Shown here piece by piece: positions 32,007 through 42,861 of a stretch of DNA of 64,000 bases. How positions within the stretch are numbered: the first letter of the stretch is position 1; every line of letters starts with the position of its first letter. This DNA comes from Polaromonas sp. (GTDB lineage Bacteria > Pseudomonadota > Gammaproteobacteria > Burkholderiales > Burkholderiaceae_C). The notes under the pieces were generated by a model. The model was given only the letters and a program-made list of their open reading frames with translations, was not told where the DNA came from and made no database searches. Made by a program: the position numbers and the translations under genes. The stretch covers positions 238,044 through 302,043 of the forward strand of contig NZ_JAQSDA010000020.1 in NCBI RefSeq assembly GCF_029945685.1, written 5' to 3'.

Positions 32007-32081
32007 TGGTGGGCGGTGCAAGTTTCGAACTTGCGACCCCTGCAGTGTGAATGCAGTGCTCTACCCCTGAGCTAACCGCCC
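32007..32081 (-). tRNA. tRNA-Val (anticodon CAC)
   Basis: The reverse complement reads GGGCGGTTAGCTCAGGGGTAGAGCACTGCATTCACACTGCAGGGGTCGCAAGTTCGAAACTTGCACCGCCCACCA. 75 nt, loop TTCACAC. Confidence 0.9.
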
Positions 32082-32115
32082 TGTTTGGTCAGCCTCAGAT
32101 TATAAGGGGTTTTTG

Positions 32116-32823
32116 TCACGCATCAGCGAGTTCACGCCAGACAGTTTTGCCTTTGCTGCTTTTATCGATGTCTGCCAGCAGGCTTTCGTGGGCGGCGATC
32201 TCCTGATCGTTGGCCAGCAGCAGCGGCAAGTCAAAGCCACGGAGGTCCATCACCACGGCGGCGCCACCGTCCTGCGTACTGCCGCCCAGGTCCATCACCA
32301 GAGAATTCTGCCCGCGTGTCAGGTTGATGTAGACGTCAGCCAGCAGTTCGGCGTCCAGCAAGGCGCCATGCAGTGTGCGGCCCGAGTTGTCGACGTCCAG
32401 GCGATCACACAGGGCGTCGAGCGAATTGCGTTTGCCGGGATACAGCTCCTTGGCCATCATCAGGCTGTCGGTGACCTTGGCCACGCAGTTGCGGATCGAG
32501 ACACGTCCCATCAGCTCGAGCTCCTTGTCCAGGAAGCTGATATCGAAAGGCGCGTTGTGGATGATGACTTCGGCACCTTCCAGGTAAGCCAGCAACTCGT
32601 CGGCGATGGCCGGAAACTTGGGCTTGTCCTGCAGGAACTCGTTGCTGATGCCGTGCACCTTGAGCGCGTCCTCATGGCTGTCGCGCTCGGGGTTCAGGTA
32701 GAAATGTTTGTTGTTGCCGGTGAGCTTGCGGCCGATCAGCTCGACGCAGCCGATTTCGATGATGCGGTCGCCGTTTTCAGCGGACAGACCGGTGGTTTCA
32801 GTGTCTAGAACGATTTGGCGCAT
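32116..32823 (-). CDS. dnaQ: DNA polymerase III epsilon (proofreading exonuclease) subunit
   Basis: 235 aa. MRQIVLDTETTGL, IIHNAPFDISFL and HGALLDAELLADVY exo motifs. Confidence 0.93.
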   Translation of the reverse strand: MRQIVLDTETTGLSAENGDRIIEIGCVELIGRKLTGNNKHFYLNPERDSHEDALKVHGISNEFLQDKPKFPAIADELLAYLEGAEVIIHNAPFDISFLDKELELMGRVSIRNCVAKVTDSLMMAKELYPGKRNSLDALCDRLDVDNSGRTLHGALLDAELLADVYINLTRGQNSLVMDLGGSTQDGGAAVVMDLRGFDLPLLLANDQEIAAHESLLADIDKSSKGKTVWRELADA

Positions 32824-32863
32824 GCCGTGGATTATCCCTCCAACACTTGCGCCAGGGTGCAGT

Positions 32864-33202
32864 TCAGTGCACTTCCTTGGCGTGGTTGATGGAGTATTTG
32901 GGAATCTCGACCGTCAGGTCGGTTTGGGCAACGATGGCCTGGCAGCTCAGGCGCGAGTTGGGTTCCAGACCCCACGCGCGGTCCAGCAGGTCTTCCTCGC
33001 TTTCGTCCATCTCGTTGAGCGAACGCATGCCTTCGCGCACGATGACGTGGCAGGTGGTGCAGGCGCAGCTCATGTCGCAGGCGTGTTCGATGTTGATGTT
33101 GTTGTCGAGCAGCGCCTCGCAGATGGACGTGCCGGCAGGCGCGGACACTTCGGCACCGTTGGGGCAGTACTCAGGATGGGGCAGTATTTTGATGATGGGC
33201 AT
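32864..33202 (-). CDS. fdx: ISC-system [2Fe-2S] ferredoxin
   Basis: 112 aa. CDMSCACTTCHV cysteine pattern. Follows hscA. Confidence 0.92.
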   Translation of the reverse strand: MPIIKILPHPEYCPNGAEVSAPAGTSICEALLDNNINIEHACDMSCACTTCHVIVREGMRSLNEMDESEEDLLDRAWGLEPNSRLSCQAIVAQTDLTVEIPKYSINHAKEVH

Positions 33203-33221
33203 GGTGTGTTCGGTCCGCGGG

Positions 33222-35096
33222 TCAGACCGTCGCTATGTTTTTTCCGGCCAGGGCCTGGCGGATGCCCCGGTTCATGCGCTGGGCCGCAAAGTTCTCGGTA
33301 CCGGCAGCCAGGGCCTTGATGGCGGCTTCGATCTGCGCGGCGTCGCCCTGCTGCCGGACGGCCGCCAGGTCGACCATCAGGCGGTCGATCTCCACCTTTT
33401 CCTCGGGGGTCAGCAGGTCGGCATCGGCATCCAGCGCACTGCGCGTTGCCAGGATCATGCGGTCGGCATCGACCTGCGCCTCGGCCAGCGCGCGCGCCTG
33501 CATGTCCTGCTGGGCCGTTGAAAAACTCTCCTGCAGCATGCGGGCAATGTCGTCGTCGGACAAGCCGTAGGAGGGCTTCACGTCAATCCGCGCTTCCACG
33601 CCGCTGCCCTGCTCCCTCGCGCTGACGCTGAGCAGGCCATCGGCGTCCACGGTGAAGGTCACGCGGATACGCGCCGCGCCTGCGGCCATCGGCGGAATGC
33701 CGCGCAGCTCGAAACGCGCCAGGCTGCGGCAGTCGGCCACCAGGTCGCGCTCACCCTGCACCACATGCAGGGCCAGCGCGGTCTGGCCGTCCTGGTAGGT
33801 GGTGAAGTCCTGCGCCATCGCGGTCGGGATGGTCTGGTTGCGCGGCACGATGCGTTCAACCAGGCCGCCCATGGTTTCGATGCCCAGCGACAGCGGAATC
33901 ACGTCGAGCAACAGCAGGTCGCTGCCGGTGCTGTTGCCGGCCAGCTGGTTGGCCGAAATGGCCGCCCCCAGGGCCACCACTTCGTCGGGGTTGAGGTTGA
34001 TCAGGGGCTCGCGGCCAAACAGGCCGGCCACCGCGCGGCGCACCTGCGGCATGCGCGTGGAGCCGCCCACCAGCACCACGCCCTGCACGTCGTCCTTGCC
34101 CAGCCCGGCATCGCGCAAGGCTTTGCGCGCCACTGTCAGCGTACGCTGGGTCAGCCCGGCCGTGGCAGCTTCAAAGTCCGCAGCCTTCATATCAAATTGC
34201 ACGTTAGCCCTTGCCAGACGGGCGGAGAATGCTACTGAATCCGTAGCAGACAAGGCCTCCTTGCAGACCCGGGCAGCCTGCAGCAATGCGGCTTTGTCGC
34301 CCGGTGTGAGGGTGTCTGCGGCCAGGCCCGCCTTGACCAGCACCCATTCGACCAGCGCGCGGTCATAGTCGTCGCCGCCGAGGGCCGAGTCGCCGCCGGT
34401 GGCCACGACTTCAAACACGCCCTGCGTCAGGCGCAGGATGGAAATGTCAAAGGTGCCGCCACCGAGGTCATAAATCGCGTAAACCCCTTCGCTGGCGTTG
34501 TCCAGGCCGTAGGCAATCGCCGCCGCGGTCGGCTCGTTGATCAGGCGCAGCACGTTGAGCCCGGCCAGTTGCGCGGCATCCTTGGTGGCCTGCCGCTGGG
34601 CGTCGTCAAAGTACGCCGGCACGGTGATGACCGCACCGAAAATCTCGTCGTCAAAGCTGTCTTCTGCCCGGTAGCGCAATGTCGCCAGGATCTCGGCGCT
34701 GACTTCGACCGGGCTTTTTTCACCGGCCACGGTCTGCAGCGTGACCATGCCGGGCTGGTCGATCAGCTGGTAAGGCAATTGCGCGCGGTTGACGATGTCG
34801 CCAATGCCACGGCCCATCAGGCGCTTGACCGAGGCGATGGTGTTTTGCGGATCCTGCACCTGCGCGGCCAGCGCGTCGAAACCGATCTGGCGGCTGGTGA
34901 CGCCCTTGTCGTCGACCAGGTAACGCACCACGCTGGGCAGCAACACACGGCCCAGCGCATCGGGCAGGCATTCGGCCACACCGCTGCGCACGCTGGCCAC
35001 CAGCGAATGGGTGGTGCCCAGGTCAATGCCGATGGCGATGCGCCGCTGGTGCGGATCGGGAGTCTGTCCGGGTTCGGAAATTTGCAGTAGGGCCAT
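33222..35096 (-). CDS. hscA: Fe-S cluster assembly Hsp70 chaperone HscA
   Basis: 624 aa. [13 protein letters not shown] and DLGGGTFD Hsp70 motifs. isc operon context. Confidence 0.95.
   Translation of the reverse strand: MALLQISEPGQTPDPHQRRIAIGIDLGTTHSLVASVRSGVAECLPDALGRVLLPSVVRYLVDDKGVTSRQIGFDALAAQVQDPQNTIASVKRLMGRGIGDIVNRAQLPYQLIDQPGMVTLQTVAGEKSPVEVSAEILATLRYRAEDSFDDEIFGAVITVPAYFDDAQRQATKDAAQLAGLNVLRLINEPTAAAIAYGLDNASEGVYAIYDLGGGTFDISILRLTQGVFEVVATGGDSALGGDDYDRALVEWVLVKAGLAADTLTPGDKAALLQAARVCKEALSATDSVAFSARLARANVQFDMKAADFEAATAGLTQRTLTVARKALRDAGLGKDDVQGVVLVGGSTRMPQVRRAVAGLFGREPLINLNPDEVVALGAAISANQLAGNSTGSDLLLLDVIPLSLGIETMGGLVERIVPRNQTIPTAMAQDFTTYQDGQTALALHVVQGERDLVADCRSLARFELRGIPPMAAGAARIRVTFTVDADGLLSVSAREQGSGVEARIDVKPSYGLSDDDIARMLQESFSTAQQDMQARALAEAQVDADRMILATRSALDADADLLTPEEKVEIDRLMVDLAAVRQQGDAAQIEAAIKALAAGTENFAAQRMNRGIRQALAGKNIATV
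34231..34247 (+). repeat. 17-bp motif variant GCTAC-N7-GTAGC
   Basis: GCTACTGAATCCGTAGC, inside hscA. Perfect 5-nt inverted arms but a G in the ATAGC half. Confidence 0.4.
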
Positions 35097-35131
35097 GAAT
35101 GTTTTGGGTCGCGCTGGAGGTCTGTGACGGG

Positions 35132-35653
35132 CTATTGTCCCAGCGAGTCGATGCGCGCATCAATCTCGCTGCCAAAGCGCTCAATAAACATAAGGCTTCT
35201 GACCTGTTGGGCAGCAGCCGGATAGTCCTTGTCCCGATCCAGCGAGCGCTCTATTTTTGATAGCAGTTCGCGCTTGCTGTTCAAGGTCTGAGCGGCGATT
35301 TCTTCCAGATTGTCCAGGCCCTCGGCCTCTTCCAGCGCTTCACGCCACTGCATCTGCTGAATCAGGAAATCCGGCGGCATGGCCGTGTTGCTCTCGGCCT
35401 GGATGGGCGCGCCGTGCAGCTCACAGAGGTAGATCGCACGTTTGAGCGGGTTCTTCAGCCGTTGGTAGGCCTCATTGATACGCACCGACCACTGCATGGC
35501 CACGCGCTGGGCGGCAGCGCCCTGCGCCGCAAACCTGTCGGGATGCGCCTCGCGCTGCAGCTCTTTCCAGCGCGCGTCGAGCGCGGCACGGTTCTGCGCG
35601 AACTGCGCAGGCACGTCAAAAAGTTCGAAATCGTTGGATTGGAGCGACGCCAC
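35132..35653 (-). CDS. hscB: Fe-S cluster co-chaperone HscB
   Basis: 173 aa with GTG start. J-domain with HPD (REAHPDRF). Confidence 0.9.
   Translation of the reverse strand: MASLQSNDFELFDVPAQFAQNRAALDARWKELQREAHPDRFAAQGAAAQRVAMQWSVRINEAYQRLKNPLKRAIYLCELHGAPIQAESNTAMPPDFLIQQMQWREALEEAEGLDNLEEIAAQTLNSKRELLSKIERSLDRDKDYPAAAQQVRSLMFIERFGSEIDARIDSLGQ
35248..35264 (+). repeat. 17-bp RCTMY-N7-ATAGC motif copy
   Basis: GCTCTATTTTTGATAGC, inside hscB (LLSKIE, a different codon phase). Confidence 0.6.
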
Positions 35654-35792
35654 TTGGAGAATCTGGTTTCGGGATGGAAAGCGTAGCGAGCGGTCGTCAG
35701 GCGAGGCGCACGGAGCACAGCAACCGGAACGTACTCAGGTACGTGAGGATTGCGAGCACCGCGCAACGACGCATGGCGCCCGCGCAGTAGCT

Positions 35793-36116
35793 TTACACGC
35801 GAAAGCTTTCGCCGCACCCACAGCGGTCGCGCTCATTCGGATTGATGAACTTGAAGCCCTCATTGAGGCCCTCACGCACAAAGTCGAGCTGGGTGCCGTC
35901 GATGTAAGCCATGCTTTTGGGGTCCACCAGCACCTTCACGCCGTTGTCTTCAAATACCACGTCCTCCGGCGCAATCTCGTCGGCATATTCGAGTTTGTAG
36001 GCCAGGCCGGAGCAGCCGGTGGTTCTGACGCCCAGGCGTACACCCACGCCCTTGCCGCGTTTGGTCATGTAGCGGGTGACGTGACGTGCTGCGGCGTCGG
36101 TGAGAGTAACGGACAT
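35793..36116 (-). CDS. iscA: Iron-sulfur cluster insertion protein IscA
   Basis: 107 aa from the ATG at 36116 ([13 protein letters not shown]..). C-terminal CGCGESF. The track ORF is extended artificially into iscU. Confidence 0.93.
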   Translation of the reverse strand: MSVTLTDAAARHVTRYMTKRGKGVGVRLGVRTTGCSGLAYKLEYADEIAPEDVVFEDNGVKVLVDPKSMAYIDGTQLDFVREGLNEGFKFINPNERDRCGCGESFRV

Positions 36117-36142
36117 GGGAAAAGCTTCGCAGGTCGATGAGG

Positions 36143-36529
36143 TTAGTGGGCGTGCTTCAACTTGTAGTCGCTGACAGCCGCCTTGATGGCGTCTTCGGCG
36201 AGGATGGAGCAATGGATTTTCACCGGCGGCAAGGCCAGCTCTTCGGCAATCGCGCTGTTCTTGATGCTTGCCGCTTCGTCCAGCGTCTTGCCTTTGACCC
36301 ACTCGGTCACGAGTGAGCTCGACGCAATCGCCGAGCCGCAGCCGTAGGTCTTGAAACGCGCGTCTTCAATCACGCCCGTCAGCGGGTTGACCTTGATCTG
36401 CAGCTTCATGACGTCGCCGCAGGCCGGTGCGCCGACCATGCCGGTGCCTACCGTGTCGTCGCCCTTTTCAAACGAGCCGACGTTGCGGGGGTTTTCATAG
36501 TGGTCTACCACTTTTTCGCTGTATGCCAT
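36143..36529 (-). CDS. iscU: Fe-S cluster scaffold IscU
   Basis: 128 aa. [36 protein letters not shown]. Confidence 0.96.
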   Translation of the reverse strand: MAYSEKVVDHYENPRNVGSFEKGDDTVGTGMVGAPACGDVMKLQIKVNPLTGVIEDARFKTYGCGSAIASSSLVTEWVKGKTLDEAASIKNSAIAEELALPPVKIHCSILAEDAIKAAVSDYKLKHAH

Positions 36530-36574
36530 TTTGTTTACCTCTTCAAGCTGTTGGTGCGTTACGTACGGCCGGCC

Positions 36575-37792
36575 TCAATGGGCGGCCCACTGGATGGTGG
36601 ACAGATCCACGCCGTCCTTGAACATTTCCCAGAGCGGCGACAGGTCACGCAGCTTGGCCACGTTCTCCTTGATCGTCGCCACGGCGTAATCAATCTCTTC
36701 TTCGGTGGTCCAGCGGCCTATGGTCATGCGCAGGCTGCTGTGGGCCAGCTCGTCGCTGCGGCCCAGGGCACGCAGCACATAGCTGGGCTCCAGGCTGGCC
36801 GAAGTACAGGCCGATCCGCTGGACACCGCCAGGCCCTTGATGCCCATGATCAGGGACTCGCCCTCGACAAAGTTGAAGCTCATGTTGAGGTTGTGCGGCA
36901 CGCGCTTGTCGGCATGGCCGTTGAGGAAAACCTCTTCCACGTCCTTCAGGCCTGCCAGCATGCGCTCGTGCAGGGCACGGATACGCTGGTTCTCATCGTG
37001 CATTTCCGCCTTGGCAATACGGTAGGCCTCGCCCATGCCCACGCACTGGTGTGTCGGCAAGGTGCCGGAACGCATGCCGCGTTCGTGGCCGCCCCCGTGC
37101 ATCTGTGCCTCCAGCCGCACGCGCGGCTTGCGCCGCACATACAGCGCGCCTATGCCCTTGGGCCCGTAAGTCTTGTGCGAGGTCAGGCTCATCAGGTCAA
37201 CCGGCAAGGTGGCCAGATCAATGTCCACGCGACCGGTGGCTTGCGCGGCGTCCACATGGAAAATGATGCCTTTTTCCCGGCACAGGGCGCCAATCGCCGG
37301 GATGTCCTGAATGACACCAATCTCGTTGTTGACGAACATGACGCTGACAATGATGGTGTCGGGACGGATCGCCGCCTTCAGCACCTCCAGGTCAAGCAGA
37401 CCGTCGGCCTGCACGTCGAGGTAGCTCACTTCAAACCCCTGGCGCTCGAGCTCGCGGCAGGTGTCGAGCACGGCCTTGTGCTCGGTCTTGACCGTGATCA
37501 GGTGTTTGCCTTTGGACTTGTAGAAATGCGCGGCGCCCTTGAGCGCCAGGTTGTTGGACTCGGTCGCACCGCTGGTCCAGACGATCTCGCGCGGGTCGGC
37601 ACCGATCAGCTCGGCGACCTGCTCGCGGGCTTTTTCCACCGCAGCTTCTGCCTCCCAGCCCCAGGCATGGCTGCGTGAAGCGGGGTTGCCGAAATGCTCG
37701 CGCAACCAGGGAATCATGGCGTCCACCACCCGCGGGTCGCACGGGTTCGTGGCGCTGTAGTCCATGTAAATGGGGAAGTGTGGGGTTTCCAT
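36575..37792 (-). CDS. iscS: Cysteine desulfurase IscS
   Basis: 405 aa. [20 protein letters not shown] (PLP lysine), SSGSACTS. Confidence 0.96.
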   Translation of the reverse strand: METPHFPIYMDYSATNPCDPRVVDAMIPWLREHFGNPASRSHAWGWEAEAAVEKAREQVAELIGADPREIVWTSGATESNNLALKGAAHFYKSKGKHLITVKTEHKAVLDTCRELERQGFEVSYLDVQADGLLDLEVLKAAIRPDTIIVSVMFVNNEIGVIQDIPAIGALCREKGIIFHVDAAQATGRVDIDLATLPVDLMSLTSHKTYGPKGIGALYVRRKPRVRLEAQMHGGGHERGMRSGTLPTHQCVGMGEAYRIAKAEMHDENQRIRALHERMLAGLKDVEEVFLNGHADKRVPHNLNMSFNFVEGESLIMGIKGLAVSSGSACTSASLEPSYVLRALGRSDELAHSSLRMTIGRWTTEEEIDYAVATIKENVAKLRDLSPLWEMFKDGVDLSTIQWAAH

Positions 37793-37896
37793 GTGGCTAG
37801 CTTTTTATTTCAGGGCTGGCTTGCAGCATCAGCATCAAAAAATGGACGGCAGTCTCCGGCAATCAGGCCCTCGCAGGCCAGCAAGACCAGGACCGC

Positions 37897-38439
37897 TCAG
37901 GACTTCGAAAACGCGTTGCCCAGGGCAAACACCGAATTGGGCGCGTTGACGCGCATCGGCTTGGCCATAGGCGCTGTGAAGATGGCTTTCTTCACCATGG
38001 GTGTGTTTTCGACCACGACACCCTTGGCCAGCTGGTCGTCGACCAGCTTTTGCAGGGTCACGGAGTCGAGAAATTCCACCATGCGGCTGTTCAGCGAAGC
38101 CCACAACTCGTGGGTCATGCAACGGCCACCGTCACCGAGACAGTTTTCCTTGCCGCCGCATTGGGTCGAGTCGATGGGTTCGTCCACCGACACAATGATG
38201 TCGGCAACAGTGATGGCTGCCGCCTTGCGGCCCAAGGTGTAGCCGCCGCCGGGGCCACGGGTGGACTCGACGAGCTCGTGGCGACGCAGCTTGCCGAACA
38301 GTTGCTCAAGGTAGGACAGCGAAATCTGCTGGCGCTGGCTAATGGCCGCCAGGGTGACGGGGCCGTTGTTCTGGCGCAGGGCCAGGTCAATCATCGCGGT
38401 GACCGCAAAGCGGCCTTTGGTCGTGAGGCGCATTTTCAA
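37897..38439 (-). CDS. iscR: Fe-S cluster assembly transcriptional regulator IscR (Rrf2 family)
   Basis: [18 protein letters not shown].., plus the three Cys ligand region C..(5)..C..(5)..C ([17 protein letters not shown]). Confidence 0.92.
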   Translation of the reverse strand: MKMRLTTKGRFAVTAMIDLALRQNNGPVTLAAISQRQQISLSYLEQLFGKLRRHELVESTRGPGGGYTLGRKAAAITVADIIVSVDEPIDSTQCGGKENCLGDGGRCMTHELWASLNSRMVEFLDSVTLQKLVDDQLAKGVVVENTPMVKKAIFTAPMAKPMRVNAPNSVFALGNAFSKS

Positions 38440-38567
38440 GCTCCTTAAAAGTTGGCTTGACTGTCGTTTGGCTCACCCTGCCAAGCTTGTGGCTTGAAAG
38501 GGAACTTTTTCTCCACCCGCCCCGGCCTGACGGCCTGATCGGCTACAGGGCTCTTGTTGTTCTGTTG

Positions 38568-38592
38568 GTTCTTGACTGTTTTCGTCAAGTAT
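38568..38592 (-). promoter_or_regulatory. IscR type-1 operator, site 1
   Basis: The minus strand reads ATACTTGACGAAAACAGTCAAGAAC. It matches the type-1 consensus ATASYYGACTRWWWYAGTCRRSTAT at 22/25 positions. Confidence 0.6.
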
Positions 38593-38599
38593 AGCACAG

Positions 38600-38624
38600 A
38601 TGCCCGACCGATTCAGTCGTCATT
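38600..38624 (-). promoter_or_regulatory. IscR type-1 operator, site 2
   Basis: The minus strand reads AATGACGACTGAATCGGTCGGGCAT, matching the consensus at 20/25. It lies 7 nt from site 1 and overlaps the predicted -10. Confidence 0.45.
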
Positions 38625-38649
38625 GTACCGCTCAAGCCACTTTGTCCAA
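38622..38649 (-). promoter_or_regulatory. Candidate sigma-70 promoter of the isc operon
   Basis: The minus strand reads TTGGAC (38649-38644), 16 nt, TACAAT (38627-22). No better -35/-10 pair lies between uvrB and iscR. Confidence 0.45.
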
Positions 38650-38699
38650 GACAAACAAAGCCGAATCCGTGACGAAAGTCCCGCTTATCCGTTTCATTT

Positions 38700-40802
38700 T
38701 CAGCCCGCCACCGGCGGCACATTGTCCACACCCGGTGCGCCAAACGCCTGCGCCTTGAGCACATGCAACTGGTCCCGGACGCTGGCCGCCCTTTCGAACT
38801 CCAGGTTTTTGGCGTGTTCGATCATCTGTTTCTCCAGCCGCTTGATTTCGCGGGCAATGTCTTTCTCGCTCATGTCCTCCACCAGGGCCTTCTGCAGCTC
38901 GAGTTTTTCCGCTTCCTTGCCGGACTTCTCGCTGTAGACACCGTCGATCAGGTCCTTGATGCGCTTGACGATGCTGCGCGGCGTGATGCCGTGTTCGAGG
39001 TTGAAAGCGATCTGTTTGTTCCGTCGGCGTTCGGTTTCATCCATCGCCTTTTTCATGGAGTCGGTGATGCGGTCCGCATACAGGATGGCCCGGCCGTTGA
39101 GGTTTCGGGCGGCCCGGCCTATGGTCTGGATCAGGCTGCGCTCGGCGCGCAAAAAGCCTTCCTTGTCGGCGTCCAGGATGGCAACCAGGCTGACTTCCGG
39201 AATGTCCAGGCCCTCGCGCAGCAAGTTGATGCCGACCAGCACGTCGAAGGTGCCCAGGCGCAGGTCACGCAGGATTTCCACACGCTCGACCGTGTCCACG
39301 TCGCTGTGCAGGTAACGCACCTTGACGCCGTTGTCGGTGAGGTAGTCGGTGAGCTGTTCGGCCATGCGTTTGGTCAGCGTGGTGATCAGCACCCGTTCGT
39401 TTTTGTCGACGCGGATGCGGATTTCCTGCAGCACGTCGTCGACCTGGTGCGTGGCCGGCCGCACTTCCACCTCGGGGTCCACCAGCCCGGTAGGCCGCAC
39501 CACCTGCTCGACCACCTTGCCGGCATGCTGCTGTTCGTACGCGGCAGGCGTGGCCGAGACAAAAATCGCCTGGCGCATCTTGGTCTCGAACTCCTCGAAC
39601 TTCAGAGGCCGGTTGTCCAGTGCGCTGGGCAGGCGAAAACCGTATTCGACCAGCGTGGTCTTGCGCGAGCGGTCGCCGTTGTACATGGCGTTGAGCTGAC
39701 CGATCATCACGTGGCTCTCGTCGAGAAACATGATCGCGTCTTTCGGCAAATAGTCGCACAGTGTCGAGGGCGGGGAGCCCGGCGGCGCGCCGCTCAAGTG
39801 ACGGGTGTAGTTCTCGATGCCCTTGCAATGGCCGATCTCGCTGAGCATTTCCAGGTCGAAACGCGTGCGCTGCTCGATGCGCTGGGCTTCCACCAGCTTG
39901 CCGTCGCCGACAAATTGTTTGACGCGCTCCGACAGTTCGAGCTTGATGGTTTCGACCGCCGCCATGACCTTGTCGCGCGGGGTCACGTAATGGCTTTTCG
40001 GGTAGACCACAAAACGCGGCACCTTCTGGCGAATGCGGCCGGTCAGCGGGTCGAACAGCGACAGTGACTCGATCTCGTCGTCGAACAGCTCGATGCGGAT
40101 GGCCAACTCGGAATGTTCCGCCGGAAACACGTCGATCACGTCGCCGCGCACGCGGAAGGTGCCGCGCACAAAGTCCTGGTCGTTGCGCGCGTACTGCATG
40201 CGGATCAGGCGCGAGATCACGTCGCGCTGGTTCATCTTGTCGCCGCTGCGCGCGATGAAACGCATCTGCGTGTAATCCTCGGGCGCGCCTATGCCGTAAA
40301 TTGCGCTGACCGTCGCCACGATGATGGTGTCGCGCCGCTCCAGCACGCTTTTGGTCGCCGACAGGCGCATCTGCTCGATGTGTTCATTGATCGCCGAGTC
40401 TTTTTCAATGAACAGGTCGCGCTGCGGCACGTAGGCCTCAGGCTGGTAGTAATCGTAATAACTGACGAAATACTCGACCGCATTTTTCGGGAAGAACTCG
40501 CGGAACTCGCTGTACAGCTGCGCCGCCAGCGTCTTGTTGGGGGCAAACACGATGGCCGGCCGGCCCATGCGGGCGATCACGTTGGCCATGGTGAAGGTCT
40601 TGCCCGAGCCGGTCACGCCCAGCAGGGTCTGGAAGACTTCGCCGTCATGCAGGCCCTCGACCAGTTGCTCGATCGCCACCGGCTGGTCGCCCGCCGGTGG
40701 GTAGGGCATGAAGAGCTCGAACGGAGAGTCCGGAAAGCGCACAAATTCGCCTTCGGCGGCGGCCGTGCTGGCCTCTGGCATGACGTCAATCACTTCTGGC
40801 AT
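38700..40802 (-). CDS. uvrB: Excinuclease ABC subunit B
   Basis: 700 aa. [15 protein letters not shown] Walker A, helicase motifs, C-terminal UVR domain ([13 protein letters not shown]). Confidence 0.96.
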   Translation of the reverse strand: MPEVIDVMPEASTAAAEGEFVRFPDSPFELFMPYPPAGDQPVAIEQLVEGLHDGEVFQTLLGVTGSGKTFTMANVIARMGRPAIVFAPNKTLAAQLYSEFREFFPKNAVEYFVSYYDYYQPEAYVPQRDLFIEKDSAINEHIEQMRLSATKSVLERRDTIIVATVSAIYGIGAPEDYTQMRFIARSGDKMNQRDVISRLIRMQYARNDQDFVRGTFRVRGDVIDVFPAEHSELAIRIELFDDEIESLSLFDPLTGRIRQKVPRFVVYPKSHYVTPRDKVMAAVETIKLELSERVKQFVGDGKLVEAQRIEQRTRFDLEMLSEIGHCKGIENYTRHLSGAPPGSPPSTLCDYLPKDAIMFLDESHVMIGQLNAMYNGDRSRKTTLVEYGFRLPSALDNRPLKFEEFETKMRQAIFVSATPAAYEQQHAGKVVEQVVRPTGLVDPEVEVRPATHQVDDVLQEIRIRVDKNERVLITTLTKRMAEQLTDYLTDNGVKVRYLHSDVDTVERVEILRDLRLGTFDVLVGINLLREGLDIPEVSLVAILDADKEGFLRAERSLIQTIGRAARNLNGRAILYADRITDSMKKAMDETERRRNKQIAFNLEHGITPRSIVKRIKDLIDGVYSEKSGKEAEKLELQKALVEDMSEKDIAREIKRLEKQMIEHAKNLEFERAASVRDQLHVLKAQAFGAPGVDNVPPVAG

Positions 40803-40974
40803 ATAAAACCCAATCCTGGCCCGCTAAAATCTGGGGCAACCGAACAGAATACGACATTTGGCGGGCGGGCGTCACTGGGGGCCGACTATCTGCCGGCCGT
40901 CTTCGCCGCAGCCGGTAAACCAGATGGCGTGCCGGACCGTTTAAAAACACAAACCACCCTTTTAGAGGATTTTC

Positions 40975-42171
40975 ATGTCGCTTTTCACCGCGGTCGAAAT
41001 GGCCCCCCGTGACCCTATATTGGGCCTGAACGAGCAATTCAATGCCGACACCAACCCGAACAAGGTCAATCTCGGCGTTGGCGTCTATTACGACGACAAC
41101 GGCAAGCTGCCCCTGCTGCAATGTGTGCAGGCCGCCGAAAAGGCCATGATGGCGTCGCCCAAGCCGCGCGGCTACCTGCCCATGGACGGTGTGGCTGCCT
41201 ATGACGCGGCCGTCAAGGCCCTCGTCTTCGGCGCCGACAGCGAGCCGGTCAAAAGCGGCCGCGTTGCCACTGCCCAGGGCATAGGCGGCACCGGCGGCCT
41301 GAAAATTGGCGCCGACTTCCTGAAAAAGCTCAGCCCGGACGCCAAGGTGCTGATCAGCGACCCCAGCTGGGAAAACCACCGCGCCCTGTTCGCCCAGGCC
41401 GGCTTCACCGTGGAAAGCTACCCTTACTACGACGCCGCCAAGCGCGGTGTCAATTTCGAAGGCATGCTCGCGGCCCTGAACGCCGCACCTGCCGGCACCA
41501 TCGTCGTGCTGCACGCCTGCTGCCACAACCCGACCGGCTACGACATCACCAGCGCCCAGTGGGATCAGGTGATTGCTGCCGTCAAGGCCCGCCAGCTGAC
41601 CCCTTTCCTGGACATGGCCTACCAGGGCTTCGGCCAGGGCATCCAGGAAGATGGCGCCGTCATCGGCAAGTTTGTCGCCGCAGGCCTGTCCTTCTTTGTC
41701 TCGACCTCCTTTTCCAAAAGCTTCAGCCTGTACGGCGAACGCGTCGGCGCCCTGTCGGTGCTGTGCGAAAACAAGGACGAGGCCGATCGCGTGTTGTCGC
41801 AACTCAAGATCGTGATTCGCACCAACTACAGCAACCCGCAGATCCACGGCGCCACCGTGGTCGCCAACGTGCTGAACAACCCCGAACTGCGCGCGCTCTG
41901 GGAAAAAGAGCTGGGCGAGATGCGTGTGCGCATCAAGGCCATGCGTCAGGCACTGGTGGACGGCCTGAAAGCCGCCGGAGTGAAGGAAGACATGAGCTTC
42001 ATCACCCAGCAGATCGGCATGTTCAGCTACTCCGGCCTGACGAAAGACCAGATGGTTCGCCTGCGCAATGAATTCGGCGTGTACGGCACCGACACCGGCC
42101 GCATGTGTGTGGCTGCGCTGAACAGCCACAACATCGCCCACGTCTGCGCGTCCATCGCCAAGGTGATGTAA
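40975..42171 (+). CDS. Aromatic/aspartate aminotransferase (class I, AspC/TyrB type)
   Basis: 398 aa. DPILGL, NLGVGVYYDDNGK, SFSKSFSLYGERVG (PLP lysine). Confidence 0.9.
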   Translation: MSLFTAVEMAPRDPILGLNEQFNADTNPNKVNLGVGVYYDDNGKLPLLQCVQAAEKAMMASPKPRGYLPMDGVAAYDAAVKALVFGADSEPVKSGRVATAQGIGGTGGLKIGADFLKKLSPDAKVLISDPSWENHRALFAQAGFTVESYPYYDAAKRGVNFEGMLAALNAAPAGTIVVLHACCHNPTGYDITSAQWDQVIAAVKARQLTPFLDMAYQGFGQGIQEDGAVIGKFVAAGLSFFVSTSFSKSFSLYGERVGALSVLCENKDEADRVLSQLKIVIRTNYSNPQIHGATVVANVLNNPELRALWEKELGEMRVRIKAMRQALVDGLKAAGVKEDMSFITQQIGMFSYSGLTKDQMVRLRNEFGVYGTDTGRMCVAALNSHNIAHVCASIAKVM

Positions 42172-42201
42172 ATCGGCGAGGCAGGCCTGCCGCAGCGGTT
42201 T

Positions 42202-42777
42202 GTGCAGGACGCCCTGCGCAACCCCTGCAACCAGGCCCTGCTGGACGGCCTGGCCGACCTGCATCTGCCCGACGCCTGGCTGGTCGGGGGTTGCCTGTTC
42301 CAGACGGTGTGGAACCTGCTGGACGGCCGCTCACCCGGCGCAGGCATCCGCGACTACGATATTTTCTACTTCGACTCCAAAGACCTTTCCGATCATTCGG
42401 AGCAAGCCGCCAACCGGCAGGCACAGGCTCTTTTTTCCGGCCTGGGCGTCCAGCTCGATGTCAGGAACCAGGCGCGAGTGCACCTCTGGTATCCGGCGTA
42501 TTTTGGGCGCCCCTGCCCGCCGCTGCAAAACGCCTGTGAAGGCGTGGACCGCTTTCTGGTGGGCAGCACCAGCGTCGGTTTGCGCCGGGAAGCCGGCCAC
42601 ATAGAGGTTTACGCACCCTACGGACTGGACGACATGTACCGGGGCATCCTCAGCCCCAACCCTCGCGTGGACCACGGGCCCCTGTATGAAAACAAGGTGC
42701 GCGACTACCAGGCGCGCTGGAACTGGCTGGGCCGGCCCGACCCGGCGCCACTTGCGGCCGCACGCCGGGATTTATGA
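42202..42777 (+). CDS. Nucleotidyltransferase-family protein (DUF925-like)
   Basis: 191 aa with GTG start. WLVGGCLFQTVWN..DYDIFYFD pattern typical of this uncharacterised NTase family. Assigned from memory of the family only. Confidence 0.55.
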   Translation: MQDALRNPCNQALLDGLADLHLPDAWLVGGCLFQTVWNLLDGRSPGAGIRDYDIFYFDSKDLSDHSEQAANRQAQALFSGLGVQLDVRNQARVHLWYPAYFGRPCPPLQNACEGVDRFLVGSTSVGLRREAGHIEVYAPYGLDDMYRGILSPNPRVDHGPLYENKVRDYQARWNWLGRPDPAPLAAARRDL

Positions 42778-42814
42778 AAAAAGTGCCTGCATCCCTTATG
42801 GGACAAGCGCAAGC

Positions 42815-42831
42815 AGCTATACATTTGATAG
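42815..42831 (+). repeat. 17-bp RCTMY-N7-ATAGC motif copy
   Basis: GCTATACATTTGATAGC, intergenic between convergent genes. Confidence 0.6.
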
Positions 42832-42861
42832 CAAAATCATGACAACCATTGCCACCATGTA

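Noticed and set aside
40830-40850. Possible LexA/SOS box upstream of uvrB (CTGGGGCAACCGAACAG).
   Set aside because: The spacing is CTG-N11-CAG, not the CTG-N10-CAG (or CTGT-N8-ACAG) of known boxes. The interior is GC-rich rather than AT-rich.
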